A DNA stretch of 64,000 bases from a virus. Every line of letters begins with the position of its first letter. Position 1 is the stretch's first letter. Below, in pieces: positions 8,826-18,245 of the stretch. The DNA is taken from the IMG/VR virus record IMGVR_UViG_3300043958_000214; one strand, 5' to 3'. The notes beneath the pieces were generated by a model, which had not been told where the DNA came from, did no database searches, and saw only the letters and a program-made list of their open reading frames with translations. Made by a program: the position numbers and the translations under genes.

Positions 8826-9986
8826 TCACTGCCCAGCAGGGAGATGCTCCATGTGGTCGAGCCGAGCGCGAGCTTCTTCGAGAGCGTGCCCGGTTGCGGC
8901 CCATTCACCACGGCGCAGTTCATCGGCCTTGCGGAAGTTCCGCATGGCCCGCATCGCCTTGTCGACCTTGTCGTGGGCGACGCGGGCGCGGATGACGTCG
9001 AGGCGCGCGTAGTCCTTCTCGCTCATTGAGTCGGGGATCCCGGTTGCGGCCTTCCACGTCGCCTTGGATACGGACAGCGAGATGTAGGTGGAGTCGCCTT
9101 CACGTTCACGCTGGACGAGCGCGTACTCGGTGCGCCCGCCGTCGCTCACGCGAACCTTCTTGTCGGAGATCCCCTCCTCGGCGATGATCTGGGCAAGGGT
9201 GCGCACCCGACCGTCCTCGCGCCGCCACTGCTGGGCAAGGTCCTTCTCGACCGTCTTCCGGACGGCGGGCGTGAGTGCCTCGAGGTCGATGCCGGCGTCG
9301 TGATAGCGGGGCGCCGGCGGGGCGGGTGGTGGCGTGACGTCGGCGTAGGCGCCATCTGGGAAAGCGAACGCGTGCGCGCCGGTGCCGGGCTTGTAATCTT
9401 CCGACGGCATGGTGAACTCGCGTGTCTCGCCCTGACCGCCTTTCCTCGCCCAGACGGTTGTCATCCCATCGTCGCCCCGAGACGCGGCGTTGACGATCCA
9501 GTCGTCGGCGTGTGCCGCGTTGAACTCGCGCGCAGCGACCACGTTGGACTCCTCGGGCGTCACCCTCTCGCCGGTCACCTGCTCCCAGGCGTCGGGCTGG
9601 TACTCGCGAAGAAGACGTTCCGCGAGGTCGATGTTCCCGATCTCGTCCGGGAATGCGTAGGCGGCACCCGCCCAGCCGTCGTCCTCCTCGTACCAGCCGC
9701 CTTTCTCGCGGAACGGGGCGGGGACCCTCCGGTTGCGTTGGGCGGACAGTTTGTATCCGCCGTGACTGTCGGTGTAGACGCGGACAATGCCGGGGGCAAT
9801 GTCCTCGACCTGGTCGGCTTCACCCCACGGGGTTCGGGACCCGACCTGAAGGCCCACGTTCCCCCAGTCGGTATGGGGGGTGCCCAACTCGACGCCTGCG
9901 GGCTCGGCGTGGTCCTTCGGGCTGTACTGGCCGACGTTGGCGGGGTTCTTCCCCCGCGGGTGCTTGGTTTCGTCGTAGGTGCTCAT
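8826..9986 (-). CDS. Hypothetical protein with HPRGKNP N-terminal tag and DUF7007-like domain
   Basis: MSTYDETKHPRGKNPANVGQYSPK; TPWG...SHGG...GWYEED motif. Confidence 0.75.
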   Translation of the reverse strand: MSTYDETKHPRGKNPANVGQYSPKDHAEPAGVELGTPHTDWGNVGLQVGSRTPWGEADQVEDIAPGIVRVYTDSHGGYKLSAQRNRRVPAPFREKGGWYEEDDGWAGAAYAFPDEIGNIDLAERLLREYQPDAWEQVTGERVTPEESNVVAAREFNAAHADDWIVNAASRGDDGMTTVWARKGGQGETREFTMPSEDYKPGTGAHAFAFPDGAYADVTPPPAPPAPRYHDAGIDLEALTPAVRKTVEKDLAQQWRREDGRVRTLAQIIAEEGISDKKVRVSDGGRTEYALVQREREGDSTYISLSVSKATWKAATGIPDSMSEKDYARLDVIRARVAHDKVDKAMRAMRNFRKADELRRGEWAATGHALEEARARLDHMEHLPAGQ

Positions 9987-9993
9987 ACCCATT

Positions 9994-10004
9994 CTTGTGC
10001 GGCG
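9994..10004 (-). promoter_or_regulatory. Class-A motif, variant
   Basis: CGCCGCACAAG-N7-ATG; weak upstream box. Confidence 0.6.
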
Positions 10005-10021
10005 GGTGTCGCAGTCCGGCG

Positions 10022-10510
10022 TCAATCGCGTCCGTGCTCTTCTTCCGCCAGCATCCGCCGGATGTCCTCCGCCCTCTCGCGCTCACGCTCGGTCTGCGGG
10101 TGATTGACGCAGTAATACTGACCGTCGTGTGTGAAGCATGGGTAGTGCTTGGCGCCGCAGACCGCACATTCGACGCCGACCTGCTCGGCGGTGAACACGC
10201 GGCTGGCGAAGCGGCCGCAGTGTCGGCAGATCCCAGCGCCGTTGTGGTATCCGCGAGGCTCGTACTCATGCCCTAGGCAGGTACGGATCCGCTCCCACTG
10301 GGACCACGCTGCGTCCTCAGCGGCGTCGAGTGACTTTCCTTCGCCGCGGATGAAGGTGTTGTCGGGGAACGCCTCGAAGAACGAGGTGCGGTACGGCTCG
10401 CCATCGCGCACGAGGACAATCCCCCGTCTCCCGCCCTGGATGAGGCAGTCGTGCGGCCACGCTTGATGCGGCTCGTAGTCGGGGGCGGTGATGGAGCGGA
10501 ACGGGCTCAC
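10022..10510 (-). CDS. Cys-rich hypothetical protein
   Basis: GTG start after GAGGAG; CRHC and CAVC pairs. Confidence 0.7.
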   Translation of the reverse strand: MSPFRSITAPDYEPHQAWPHDCLIQGGRRGIVLVRDGEPYRTSFFEAFPDNTFIRGEGKSLDAAEDAAWSQWERIRTCLGHEYEPRGYHNGAGICRHCGRFASRVFTAEQVGVECAVCGAKHYPCFTHDGQYYCVNHPQTERERERAEDIRRMLAEEEHGRD

Positions 10511-11373
10511 AGGGTCTCCTCTAGTTCCCGAGCCGCGGCCTGGACGGCTTCGCTCAAACCGTCGACGTGAATCTGATGCACCGTGGTCGTCAGATACGCT
10601 TCGGACACGCGGGGAAGGACCGGTTCGATGAGGCTTGCGACGCCTACGGGAGTGCCGGCACCCCAGCACGCCTTCATCGCCAGCCGGATGATCTCTTCAC
10701 CGGAGCCAAGGTCCTGGCACAGTCTTCCAGCGATCAGGTGGTGGGCGATCCTTCGAGCCCGGGCTGCCCGCGTGGGAATGCCCCGGTGACACGCAAGTGC
10801 GTCGTCTCCAGACGGGTCGAGGTCGCTCCAGTCTTCCCGATTGATGATCGGCCATGGCGCCAGGACCTCAAAGGACAGCATGGAATCGGCGAGAACCCCA
10901 GCCCCGGGTAGAACCCGGAGCCACGTCTCTTCGCGTTCCTGCCACGATGAGTCAGGCACGTCATGGGGCCTGTCCGCGTTGTTCCAGTACCCGTAGGACT
11001 GCCAGCCTGCGTCGACCTGTCGGACAGCGTCGAACATCTGCGCGTCGACGGCCTGCGGGACCCCGTAGTAGAGGCGGGTCTGAGGATCACGCCCGATCCA
11101 GACTCGGAGTTCCCCCGTCGAGAGGCATCGGCGAGCATGCTCAGTCCGCCACTCGTCCATGATGTCGCGGCCGGCGGCGACCACGGGTGACGTCCCCGAG
11201 CACGTCGGAAGCCCGACCAGTCTCGCGTCGGCGATGGCTGTGGCCCTCACCAGCGTCTCGTTCTCGACAATGTGGGCGCTCAGCGTCGTCGCGTGTGCGC
11301 GGACCGCGTCCGCGAAGTCGAAGGGATCCGTTCCGGGCCGCAGTCGGAAGCCGTCGTAGATTGTCGTGCTCAC
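10507..11373 (-). CDS. Hypothetical protein, paralog of 14483..15349
   Basis: GTG start after GAGGAG; shared GRDPQT-YYG and YWN-ADRP motifs. Confidence 0.75.
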   Translation of the reverse strand: MSTTIYDGFRLRPGTDPFDFADAVRAHATTLSAHIVENETLVRATAIADARLVGLPTCSGTSPVVAAGRDIMDEWRTEHARRCLSTGELRVWIGRDPQTRLYYGVPQAVDAQMFDAVRQVDAGWQSYGYWNNADRPHDVPDSSWQEREETWLRVLPGAGVLADSMLSFEVLAPWPIINREDWSDLDPSGDDALACHRGIPTRAARARRIAHHLIAGRLCQDLGSGEEIIRLAMKACWGAGTPVGVASLIEPVLPRVSEAYLTTTVHQIHVDGLSEAVQAAARELEETL

Positions 11374-11410
11374 AGGGTCTCCTCGGTTCACGCCTGAGCT
11401 TTCATACTCA

Positions 11411-11421
11411 GTTGTGAGGCA
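11411..11421 (-). promoter_or_regulatory. Class-A motif core
   Basis: GCACG-N11-TGCCTCACAAC-N5-ATG (MKAQA* leader). Confidence 0.8.
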
Positions 11422-11508
11422 ACGAGGCAGCTCGTGCATGGGTCCCGATCAACACCCCCATCAAGGGGTTCCATCGAACATGGCAAAGCCCCTCATCGGG
11501 CGCGGCGA

Positions 11509-13302
11509 TTAGGCCGTGAGGTCGTCGTGGACACCGACCTTGGCGAACTCGTTGGTGCCATCGGGCAGGACCCAGAAGTGGAGGCGCCTGGCGGATGGGG
11601 TCTTGACCTGCAGGCTGGCCCTCCAGGCCACGGCGCCGTCGTCGCGGATGCGTGCGGGATCGTCTCCGCCGTTGCCGGTGCGCAGCCGGTGGAGCTCCCG
11701 GCTGGGCATCTGGGCTGCCAGGCCGGTGAGAACTTCGAAGACGACGTCAGCGACCTTGGCCTCGCTGATGCCCTCCAGGTGATCGAGGGAGTCGAGGAAG
11801 TCGTCGCCCAGAAGGTAGTCGGGAAGGGGATGCTCGGCTTGTTCTCCGGGTTCGGTGCGGGTCGCCCACGCGGTGAGGACGAGATAGCGGAAGCCCTGCT
11901 CACGGTCGGCGAACCGCGGGGCCGGGGCCTGGCCTGTCGTCTTGGCTGACTTCTTGCGGAGCTTCGTGCGTGCCGCCTTGAGGCTGTTCTCCGCGTTCCT
12001 CGCCCGACGCTCCGCCTGGTCGAGGAGGAAGCGGAGTTGGTCCGTTTCGTCGGTCAGGTCATCGACTCGCTGCTCGAGCATGCGTCTCGCCCGATCGCAT
12101 GCCGACAGCCGCGCCTTCATGACCTCGCTGGCCGGGACCTGCGCGTTGAGCGGCTCCGTGTCCTGGTCGGACGCAGGAATGTCCTGCTGTTCGGCGTCGG
12201 GGCCGTTGGGGGTGTCGGGCGCTTCGTTTCCCGGGGCGGCTTCGCCGCGCTTCGCAGTGAGCAGGGCGGGAGTCGGGAGAGGTCTGTCTTCTGGCGTCGC
12301 AAGCAGTTGCCCAGAGGGTTCCAGGTCCTGCTGGTCTTGTTCGGTGTCGTCGACGTCCTCGGTTGTCATCCACGGCGGACCTCCAGGAAGAAGACTGGGG
12401 GCGGGGACCGGCTGCTCGTCATCGTTGATGTCGCTGAGAGTCAGGGACCAGCGGGGCGCTGTGCTGACAACCCGGGCTTCGACCACCTCGCCCGGTGTCA
12501 TGAGTGATCGCAGGTCGTCGGCAGGGTTCGTTGTGACGTCCTCGCGTGCGACGCCGACGACAACCGCCTTGGTGCGCGTCGTCGGATACAGCATGAGGCC
12601 GGCGGTGTCGCCACTCACCGCCCCGACCTTGGCGAGGACCACGTCACCCACCGCGTAGTGGGCAAGTGCCTCGTGGCAGGGACGCAAGCCCCGAGTGACG
12701 TCCAGGCGGCCCGTCTCAGGGTCGAAGAGTCCTTCGACCTGTTGTCCGACGCTGACGATACGGTCGATCGAGACGTCGGCGACGGTGAGCTCCTCAGCGA
12801 TCGATGCGGGCATCGCGGCCCCGACGTCGACGAACGCGCGCCCCGACACGATGCCGGTCACTCTGCCTGCGGCGTGCCTGAGCGTGGTGGCCGGTGTGGA
12901 TTGCGTCAGCCCCGCTGAGAAGGCCATGCGCAGGAGGTCGGAGATCAGACTGTCGGTCGCGCGCTTGCCTTCGTGGGCGGCGTAAGCGAACCGCAGCGGG
13001 GAGCGCGTCAGGTCGGTCTTCCATTCGTGACCGACGGGGTAGACGCGTCCAGCGCCGCCGTAGACCTGGGTGCCTTCGACCATGCGCCGGGCGAATTCTC
13101 GGCTCGCTGCCCCCGTCGCCATGAGATAGACCTCGGCCAGGTCCCCGGCTTCGCGCGCGACCCGGTCAACGTCGATCCACGGCTGCGTTCGGGCCGGCGG
13201 CGTGGTGACGACGACGATCGGGCGGCGGCGCGCGCTGCCGTTGAGTCGGCTCGCCAGTTCGGCGGCGGACCTCGGGTCGGAGACGTCGTGGATGTCGGAC
13301 AT
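11509..13302 (-). CDS. 597-aa multidomain protein (S1-like beta repeats, coiled coil, possible RelE-like C-terminus)
   Basis: Long ORF; VGDVVLAKV and PGEVVEARV repeats; coiled coil about aa 385-435; ends RRLHFWVLPDG...VGVHDD. Confidence 0.7.
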   Translation of the reverse strand: MSDIHDVSDPRSAAELASRLNGSARRRPIVVVTTPPARTQPWIDVDRVAREAGDLAEVYLMATGAASREFARRMVEGTQVYGGAGRVYPVGHEWKTDLTRSPLRFAYAAHEGKRATDSLISDLLRMAFSAGLTQSTPATTLRHAAGRVTGIVSGRAFVDVGAAMPASIAEELTVADVSIDRIVSVGQQVEGLFDPETGRLDVTRGLRPCHEALAHYAVGDVVLAKVGAVSGDTAGLMLYPTTRTKAVVVGVAREDVTTNPADDLRSLMTPGEVVEARVVSTAPRWSLTLSDINDDEQPVPAPSLLPGGPPWMTTEDVDDTEQDQQDLEPSGQLLATPEDRPLPTPALLTAKRGEAAPGNEAPDTPNGPDAEQQDIPASDQDTEPLNAQVPASEVMKARLSACDRARRMLEQRVDDLTDETDQLRFLLDQAERRARNAENSLKAARTKLRKKSAKTTGQAPAPRFADREQGFRYLVLTAWATRTEPGEQAEHPLPDYLLGDDFLDSLDHLEGISEAKVADVVFEVLTGLAAQMPSRELHRLRTGNGGDDPARIRDDGAVAWRASLQVKTPSARRLHFWVLPDGTNEFAKVGVHDDLTA

Positions 13303-13313
13303 TGATATGGACC

Positions 13314-13886
13314 CTATCGGTTGGTCGCGGGAAGCGTGCGGATGGTGAGAATGCCCCGCTGGTCGCCGTATCCCTCATCGCGGTAGGCGAGCTCAACGCC
13401 GTGAGGCGAGCTGACATACAGCGCGGGTTCCCCGTCGCGCTCGAAGATGACCGTGCCGACGCGATACAGAGTCTCGAAGACGTCGGTGGCGGGCTCGAGC
13501 CACTCCATCTCGTGGTCGTGGGGATGCGTGAACGCGTCCACGGGCACTTCGTAGACGTCGAGCCCTCCGCGGTGGGAGGACGCCCAGTAGGCGGTCGCGA
13601 ACACGCTGTCACGGACTCGCTGACACAGGTCCTCATCATGTGATGCTCCGCCTGTGGCGATCTGGACCTGGCGGATGTCGCGTCCGAACTCGTCTTGGGT
13701 GACCTCCTCGTCAACGGAGGCTTGCCCGCAGATCAGGCGCCCGCTCAACCATTGGATGAAGTCGGGAACGGTGCCGGTGAAGCCTTCGACTTCAGGAGGG
13801 TTCTCCCATGGGACGTCGATATCGGGCAAGTCTTTGGTGATGCCGAAGTGAGCGAGGAGGGCGTCGAGCGTGTCGTTGTTTCCCAT
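13314..13886 (-). CDS. Hypothetical protein
   Basis: 190-aa ORF starting 7 nt after a class-A motif. Confidence 0.7.
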   Translation of the reverse strand: MGNNDTLDALLAHFGITKDLPDIDVPWENPPEVEGFTGTVPDFIQWLSGRLICGQASVDEEVTQDEFGRDIRQVQIATGGASHDEDLCQRVRDSVFATAYWASSHRGGLDVYEVPVDAFTHPHDHEMEWLEPATDVFETLYRVGTVIFERDGEPALYVSSPHGVELAYRDEGYGDQRGILTIRTLPATNR

Positions 13887-13893
13887 ACCCCCA

Positions 13894-13904
13894 GTTGTGA
13901 GGCA
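13894..13904 (-). promoter_or_regulatory. Class-A motif core
   Basis: GCACG-N11-TGCCTCACAAC-N7-ATG. Confidence 0.8.
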
Positions 13905-13996
13905 TCAGGGGACCTCGTGCACATCGACCCCGCCTGCCGTCTCTGCTCGTGCGGGCCTGGTGTGCCTCTCAGCGCGGCGATGGCTCGCCCGGGAGC

Positions 13997-14486
13997 TCAG
14001 AGGCGGATGAGTCGGCTGGTATGCGCGGCGGGGTCGAGATGGATGATGGGCAGTCCGCGCCGGCGCGCTTTGCGGACGGCGTCGACGGTCCCGCCCGTGG
14101 TTCTCGTGGCGTCCCAGACGGCGATGAGGATGTCGCAGTCTCGTAGCATGGCGTCGTTGCGAGCGAAGAGGTAGCGGACGTCGTAGTGGTCGCCGATGGT
14201 GTGGATGCTGTTGGCACGCTCGAGGAGTTCCCGCCAGTGCTGCTGGTCACGTACGGGCCACCGATCAGCTTGCTGCGGGAACGGGACGTAGGCACGCAGG
14301 TCAAGGCCTGCGGTCAGTGCGGCGTCCGCCCACATCGTGTCCGCGCCGAGCGCCATGCCCGAGATCGCGGTCGTCGTCGCGCACTCGTCGCGCAGCTTCA
14401 AGGCAGTGCGCTCGCACCCAGCCGTTGGCTGGTCCGAGCCGGCGGTGACCGGTCAGGGCTGCTGTCGGGTACTCGGTTCCGCTCAC
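13997..14486 (-). pseudogene. SLOG/YspA (DUF1273)-like gene, frameshifted near 14400-14430
   Basis: ALTGHR in one frame; ISGMALGAD, ARNDAML, GGTVDAVRKA in another. Confidence 0.7.
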
Positions 14487-15349
14487 AGCGCGTCCATCGC
14501 GTCGAGTGTCGCCTGGGCGGCGGCGCGCACGGCCTTCGCCAGCCCCGGAATCTGCTGGTTCTCCACGGGGTGGGTGAGGTAGTCCTCCCCGACGTCCGGG
14601 AGGGCGGTCTCGAGGATGCTCGCAGTGTCCGCGAGGAGGTCGCCGTGGGATCCGAGGTAGGTGTACAGGCGGATGATGTCGTCACGTTCAGCGAGCTCGT
14701 TGCCGGCGTCGAAGCAGACGAGCCGGTGGGCTCGGTCCAGCGCGCGCTTGGGCGTGGCCAGCGCGGGAGTGCCACCGAACAGCATGCGGTTGGCCTCGAA
14801 GGCCTCCCAGTTCACTGTGGTGGGGACGTCGGTTCGGATTTCCAGGCTGAGCATTGAGTCCAGGGGGCGTCCAACACCGGGGAGGACGCGGTCCCAGACC
14901 TCACGTCGTTCCTTCCATTCGGCGTCACTGACACTGTCGGGACGGTCTGCGTCGTTCCAGTACTCGAAGTTCACCCACCCGGGAACATTGGTGATCCACC
15001 CCTCGAGGTCCGGGTCGGGAGTCTGGGTGATCCCGTAGTAGTACCAGGTCTGGGGGTCGCGTCCGAGCCACACGGTGACGTCACAGGCGCCGAGGCGTCC
15101 TTCGCGGCGCGCGTTCCGAGCGTCCTCGTCCTCGGCCAACCACGCGGCTGCGAGCGGGACCTCGTCGAGGGCGGGTTTCCCGTAGAGCTGGGTGTACGCG
15201 TCGTCGGCAAGGAGCGTGGCGCGGGTGATGAGATTGCGTTCCGCCCGGTGGGCAGCGCGCGTGGTGAGGCGCTCGCGCGCCTGGGCGGCGAAGGTGAAGG
15301 GGTCGGTGCCGCGTTCGAGGCGGAACCCGCCGGTGATGACAGTGCTCAT
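14483..15349 (-). CDS. Hypothetical protein, paralog of 10507..11373
   Basis: End-to-end similarity; leaderless start after class-A motif. Confidence 0.75.
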   Translation of the reverse strand: MSTVITGGFRLERGTDPFTFAAQARERLTTRAAHRAERNLITRATLLADDAYTQLYGKPALDEVPLAAAWLAEDEDARNARREGRLGACDVTVWLGRDPQTWYYYGITQTPDPDLEGWITNVPGWVNFEYWNDADRPDSVSDAEWKERREVWDRVLPGVGRPLDSMLSLEIRTDVPTTVNWEAFEANRMLFGGTPALATPKRALDRAHRLVCFDAGNELAERDDIIRLYTYLGSHGDLLADTASILETALPDVGEDYLTHPVENQQIPGLAKAVRAAAQATLDAMDAL

Positions 15350-15355
15350 GCTCCG

Positions 15356-15366
15356 GTTGTGAGGCA
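15356..15366 (-). promoter_or_regulatory. Class-A motif core
   Basis: GCACG-N11-TGCCTCACAAC-N6-ATG. Confidence 0.8.
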
Positions 15367-15386
15367 GAGGGCGCGGCCGTGCGCAC

Positions 15387-16157
15387 TCAAGATTGCAATC
15401 CCGCATCAAGCTCGGCGACGAGCTGGTCGAGGCGGACACGTCCCGGGGTCGCCGCGGTCCACACGCGCCCGAACCCTTCAGTGTTCTCCTCCGGGGTCAG
15501 GTTCCACGCGGCCCCAAGGTCGAGCCGGCCCGACCATGAGTCGCCGCCTGTCTCATGTCCGCTGAGCGCAAGGTCGGCGAGGGGGATCCGCGCGACGAAG
15601 GGGACGCCGTCGCGAGTCTTCTTCGCACGGCAGACGGCATCACCCTTGGTCTCGTGGACGCCAGTGAGTCGCGCGCCGTGACCCTCCTCGCGAACGGTGA
15701 GAGTGACACTGGCGTAGAGAGTGGGGGTGGCGAGGGCCGGGCGGGCGGACAGCTGGTCGGCCAGGGTCGGGCGATGGGTGAGGTCCGGGATGCGAATGTC
15801 GGGATTCTCCCTGGTGAGCTTCTCCAGTTCGCAGATCTTCTCTTGCGTCCATGGTGTGGGAGTGGCAGCCGGCAGGAGACCAACGTGGGTGTGACGCAGT
15901 TCGTCGGTCCATTGCCCGTACACGGGGACGCGCCCGTCAGCGTCGAACGGGTACCAGAAGAGGCTGGGGAACCACGTCTGCGGAAAGGGGCCCTCATCGT
16001 CACCGGAGCGGTGCTTGTGGGCGTCGGCATCGATGAGTCTCGCCTCGAGGGTCGTGGCGTTCAGGAGGTCGACCACGTCGGTGCTCACGGCGAACGCGTA
16101 GGAGTCATCACTGGACTGGCAGAAGCCGACGAAGATGCCTGGGGTGTTCTCGCTCAT
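15387..16157 (-). CDS. Hypothetical protein
   Basis: 256-aa ORF after class-A motif. Confidence 0.7.
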   Translation of the reverse strand: MSENTPGIFVGFCQSSDDSYAFAVSTDVVDLLNATTLEARLIDADAHKHRSGDDEGPFPQTWFPSLFWYPFDADGRVPVYGQWTDELRHTHVGLLPAATPTPWTQEKICELEKLTRENPDIRIPDLTHRPTLADQLSARPALATPTLYASVTLTVREEGHGARLTGVHETKGDAVCRAKKTRDGVPFVARIPLADLALSGHETGGDSWSGRLDLGAAWNLTPEENTEGFGRVWTAATPGRVRLDQLVAELDAGLQS

Positions 16158-16163
16158 GCCCCT

Positions 16164-16174
16164 GTTGTGAGACA
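16164..16174 (-). promoter_or_regulatory. Class-A motif core
   Basis: GCACG-N11-TGTCTCACAAC-N6-ATG. Confidence 0.8.
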
Positions 16175-16207
16175 GCTAGCCACCTCGTGCGCCGAGGGGG
16201 TCGCGTC

Positions 16208-16984
16208 TCACGCGCTGTGGTAGGGGCAGTGCCCGCGACGCCGGCAGGGCGCACCGTTTCGTGTCGGTGCGCCGCAGAGTCCCGCAGCCCTGGCCTTGGC
16301 CGACCTCGCGAGAGCATCGAAGATGGCGGCGGAGGCTCCCCCGGTGGGGGCGACGTCGTACGCGTGGGTTTCGAGGAGGGAGAGTCCGTCGATCGGCGGC
16401 TTGAGAGCTTCGCGGATGAGCGGCTCGAATGGTGCACCCGAGGCGGATCTGAATGCTTGGATGGAGGCCCTGTCGTTGTCGATCCGGCTGACGTTGCGCC
16501 AAGAGAGCGTCCGTCCTGTTCGTGCGGCGATCTGGTCGAGGAACGCGCGCTGAGTCCTCCCATTGCCCTCGCGGAAGGGGTGGATGAAATTCGTCAGCGA
16601 CAGCAATTCTGCGGCCTTCGGCACGAACTGGGCATCCCCCATCTCGGCGTCAGACAGGAGCCCGGAGTCGTTGATGTACTCCGTCACTTGTCCAAACGCC
16701 GTGGGGATCAGCGAGTGCGTGTGAAACTCGGAGCTTCCCTTGGTGATCTCGACGGTCCGGAGCTGGCCGGCCCACGCCCACACGTCTTGGTAGAGGCGGC
16801 GGTGGATCTCCTGGAAGTGGGCGAGGTTGAAGCTGCCGTGGACGGGATCGTCTTCGAGTTCGCGCCGCCGGAAGAGTGACATCCGCCGTTCGTACTGGTC
16901 CGCCTCGGTCGGATCCCTCAGTCCGGCCAGGTTGATCAGCACCTCGGTGCCTGGGTAAACGTACGGGTCGTCAAGTTGGTTCAC
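16208..16984 (-). CDS. fic: Fic-domain toxin/AMPylase
   Basis: HPFREGNGRTQR catalytic motif; DPYVYPGTEVL start. Confidence 0.92.
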   Translation of the reverse strand: MNQLDDPYVYPGTEVLINLAGLRDPTEADQYERRMSLFRRRELEDDPVHGSFNLAHFQEIHRRLYQDVWAWAGQLRTVEITKGSSEFHTHSLIPTAFGQVTEYINDSGLLSDAEMGDAQFVPKAAELLSLTNFIHPFREGNGRTQRAFLDQIAARTGRTLSWRNVSRIDNDRASIQAFRSASGAPFEPLIREALKPPIDGLSLLETHAYDVAPTGGASAAIFDALARSAKARAAGLCGAPTRNGAPCRRRGHCPYHSA

Positions 16985-17196
16985 GGCCCGACCACGGTCC
17001 CGTTGGGGAGTGGAGCGCGGCGCATGGCTTCGATCGCTTCCTGGAGCGTGAGGTCACCGGCGACGTAGGCGCGCACGACCTTCATTCCCGCTTCGTCGGG
17101 GAGGGCGTCCTCCAGTGCCCATGAGCCGAGGATGTTCTCCATGGACTCGCGGCGCTCGGCGACAAGGTCGTCGGCGGGCTCGGCGTGCTGTGCCAT
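16981..17196 (-). CDS. VbhA-like antitoxin
   Basis: GSWALE inhibitory-type motif, YVAGDLT; overlaps fic start. Confidence 0.8.
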   Translation of the reverse strand: MAQHAEPADDLVAERRESMENILGSWALEDALPDEAGMKVVRAYVAGDLTLQEAIEAMRRAPLPNGTVVGP

Positions 17197-17245
17197 GGTG
17201 CTCCCTCCTATCGTGTCCATCTTAGAATCGCGGCCCCTGCTCGCC

Positions 17246-17725
17246 TCACGCGTCGCGTATTTCGATGCGGTGCGCACAGTCGGGATGCCCTGCCTGGGCG
17301 ACAAGGCTGACTCCGGCTGCAGCGACCTTTTCGGGAATGTCGGTCTCTGCACTTGCCCAGAGCCCCTCCGGAAGGCCAGAATTCCGGAGCACCGTGTACT
17401 GCCACCACAGGTGGTCCGATACTCCGGCGGGCGCGCTGACGGTGATGATGACGGGACGATTGAACACGCCGAGAAGGTCCTCGACCGGGACCGCCTGGGG
17501 GTCGCGGGATCCCGTTCCCTCCGCGACGCACGTGTCATAGAGGCGGTACTCCCCCGGCTCTTCCTCGATGTCGCTCAGTGCGAGGTCTCCCCTCCGCGCG
17601 GAGGCCACGAGGAACAGTTCGCGACGGGCCATCTCGCGCCCGGACTTGCTGTACGGCCTGGGGATGGCCCAGTACGTGTCCGTCTTCTTCGTGACGCGTC
17701 GTGACGTGACGATACGAGTCTTCAC
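17246..17725 (-). CDS. Hypothetical protein, tandem paralog of 17731..18234
   Basis: Shared ARRELxLVA, PVEDLL, WWQ, TDxP motifs. Confidence 0.7.
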   Translation of the reverse strand: MKTRIVTSRRVTKKTDTYWAIPRPYSKSGREMARRELFLVASARRGDLALSDIEEEPGEYRLYDTCVAEGTGSRDPQAVPVEDLLGVFNRPVIITVSAPAGVSDHLWWQYTVLRNSGLPEGLWASAETDIPEKVAAAGVSLVAQAGHPDCAHRIEIRDA

Positions 17726-17730
17726 TGCGC

Positions 17731-18234
17731 TTACTCCCCCACCTTGACGTACCAGACGGTGTCGCTCTTCCCGCACTGGGCGGCAAGGGCTTCGGCGCGT
17801 TCGCGCACCCCGCTCGGCATGTCTGTGTCGTTGGACTGCCAGGTCCCCGCGGGCAGGGTCGTGTCCTCGACGACCTCGAATTGCCACCACTGGGTTTCGT
17901 GCACCGGTGCGCTGAGACCGATCATCGCCCTGCGCGGTGCCGCGTCCAGAAGGTCCTCGACAGGGGTGACGTCGGGGAACAGGTCCTTGTTGTAGTCGGT
18001 TCCGACCATGGTCTGGCGGACGTAGAGGCGGAAGTCTTTCTCCGTCTCGACGACGTCGGAGATGTCGAAGTTCTCGTCCTCGAACTCGCCCCCGGCGACG
18101 AGGAGCAGTTCCCGGCGGGCTCGGAGCTTGTCCGAGTACCGGTCGGGAATGGGGATGGAGAAGAAGTCCTCCTGGACACGCTGGACCTTCGTGGAGGACA
18201 CGAGATGCGTGGAGGTGGGGATCAGACCGGACAT
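17731..18234 (-). CDS. Hypothetical protein, tandem paralog of 17246..17725
   Basis: RBS GAGGA; motifs as above. Confidence 0.75.
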   Translation of the reverse strand: MSGLIPTSTHLVSSTKVQRVQEDFFSIPIPDRYSDKLRARRELLLVAGGEFEDENFDISDVVETEKDFRLYVRQTMVGTDYNKDLFPDVTPVEDLLDAAPRRAMIGLSAPVHETQWWQFEVVEDTTLPAGTWQSNDTDMPSGVRERAEALAAQCGKSDTVWYVKVGE

Positions 18235-18245
18235 GGTGGGGTTCC

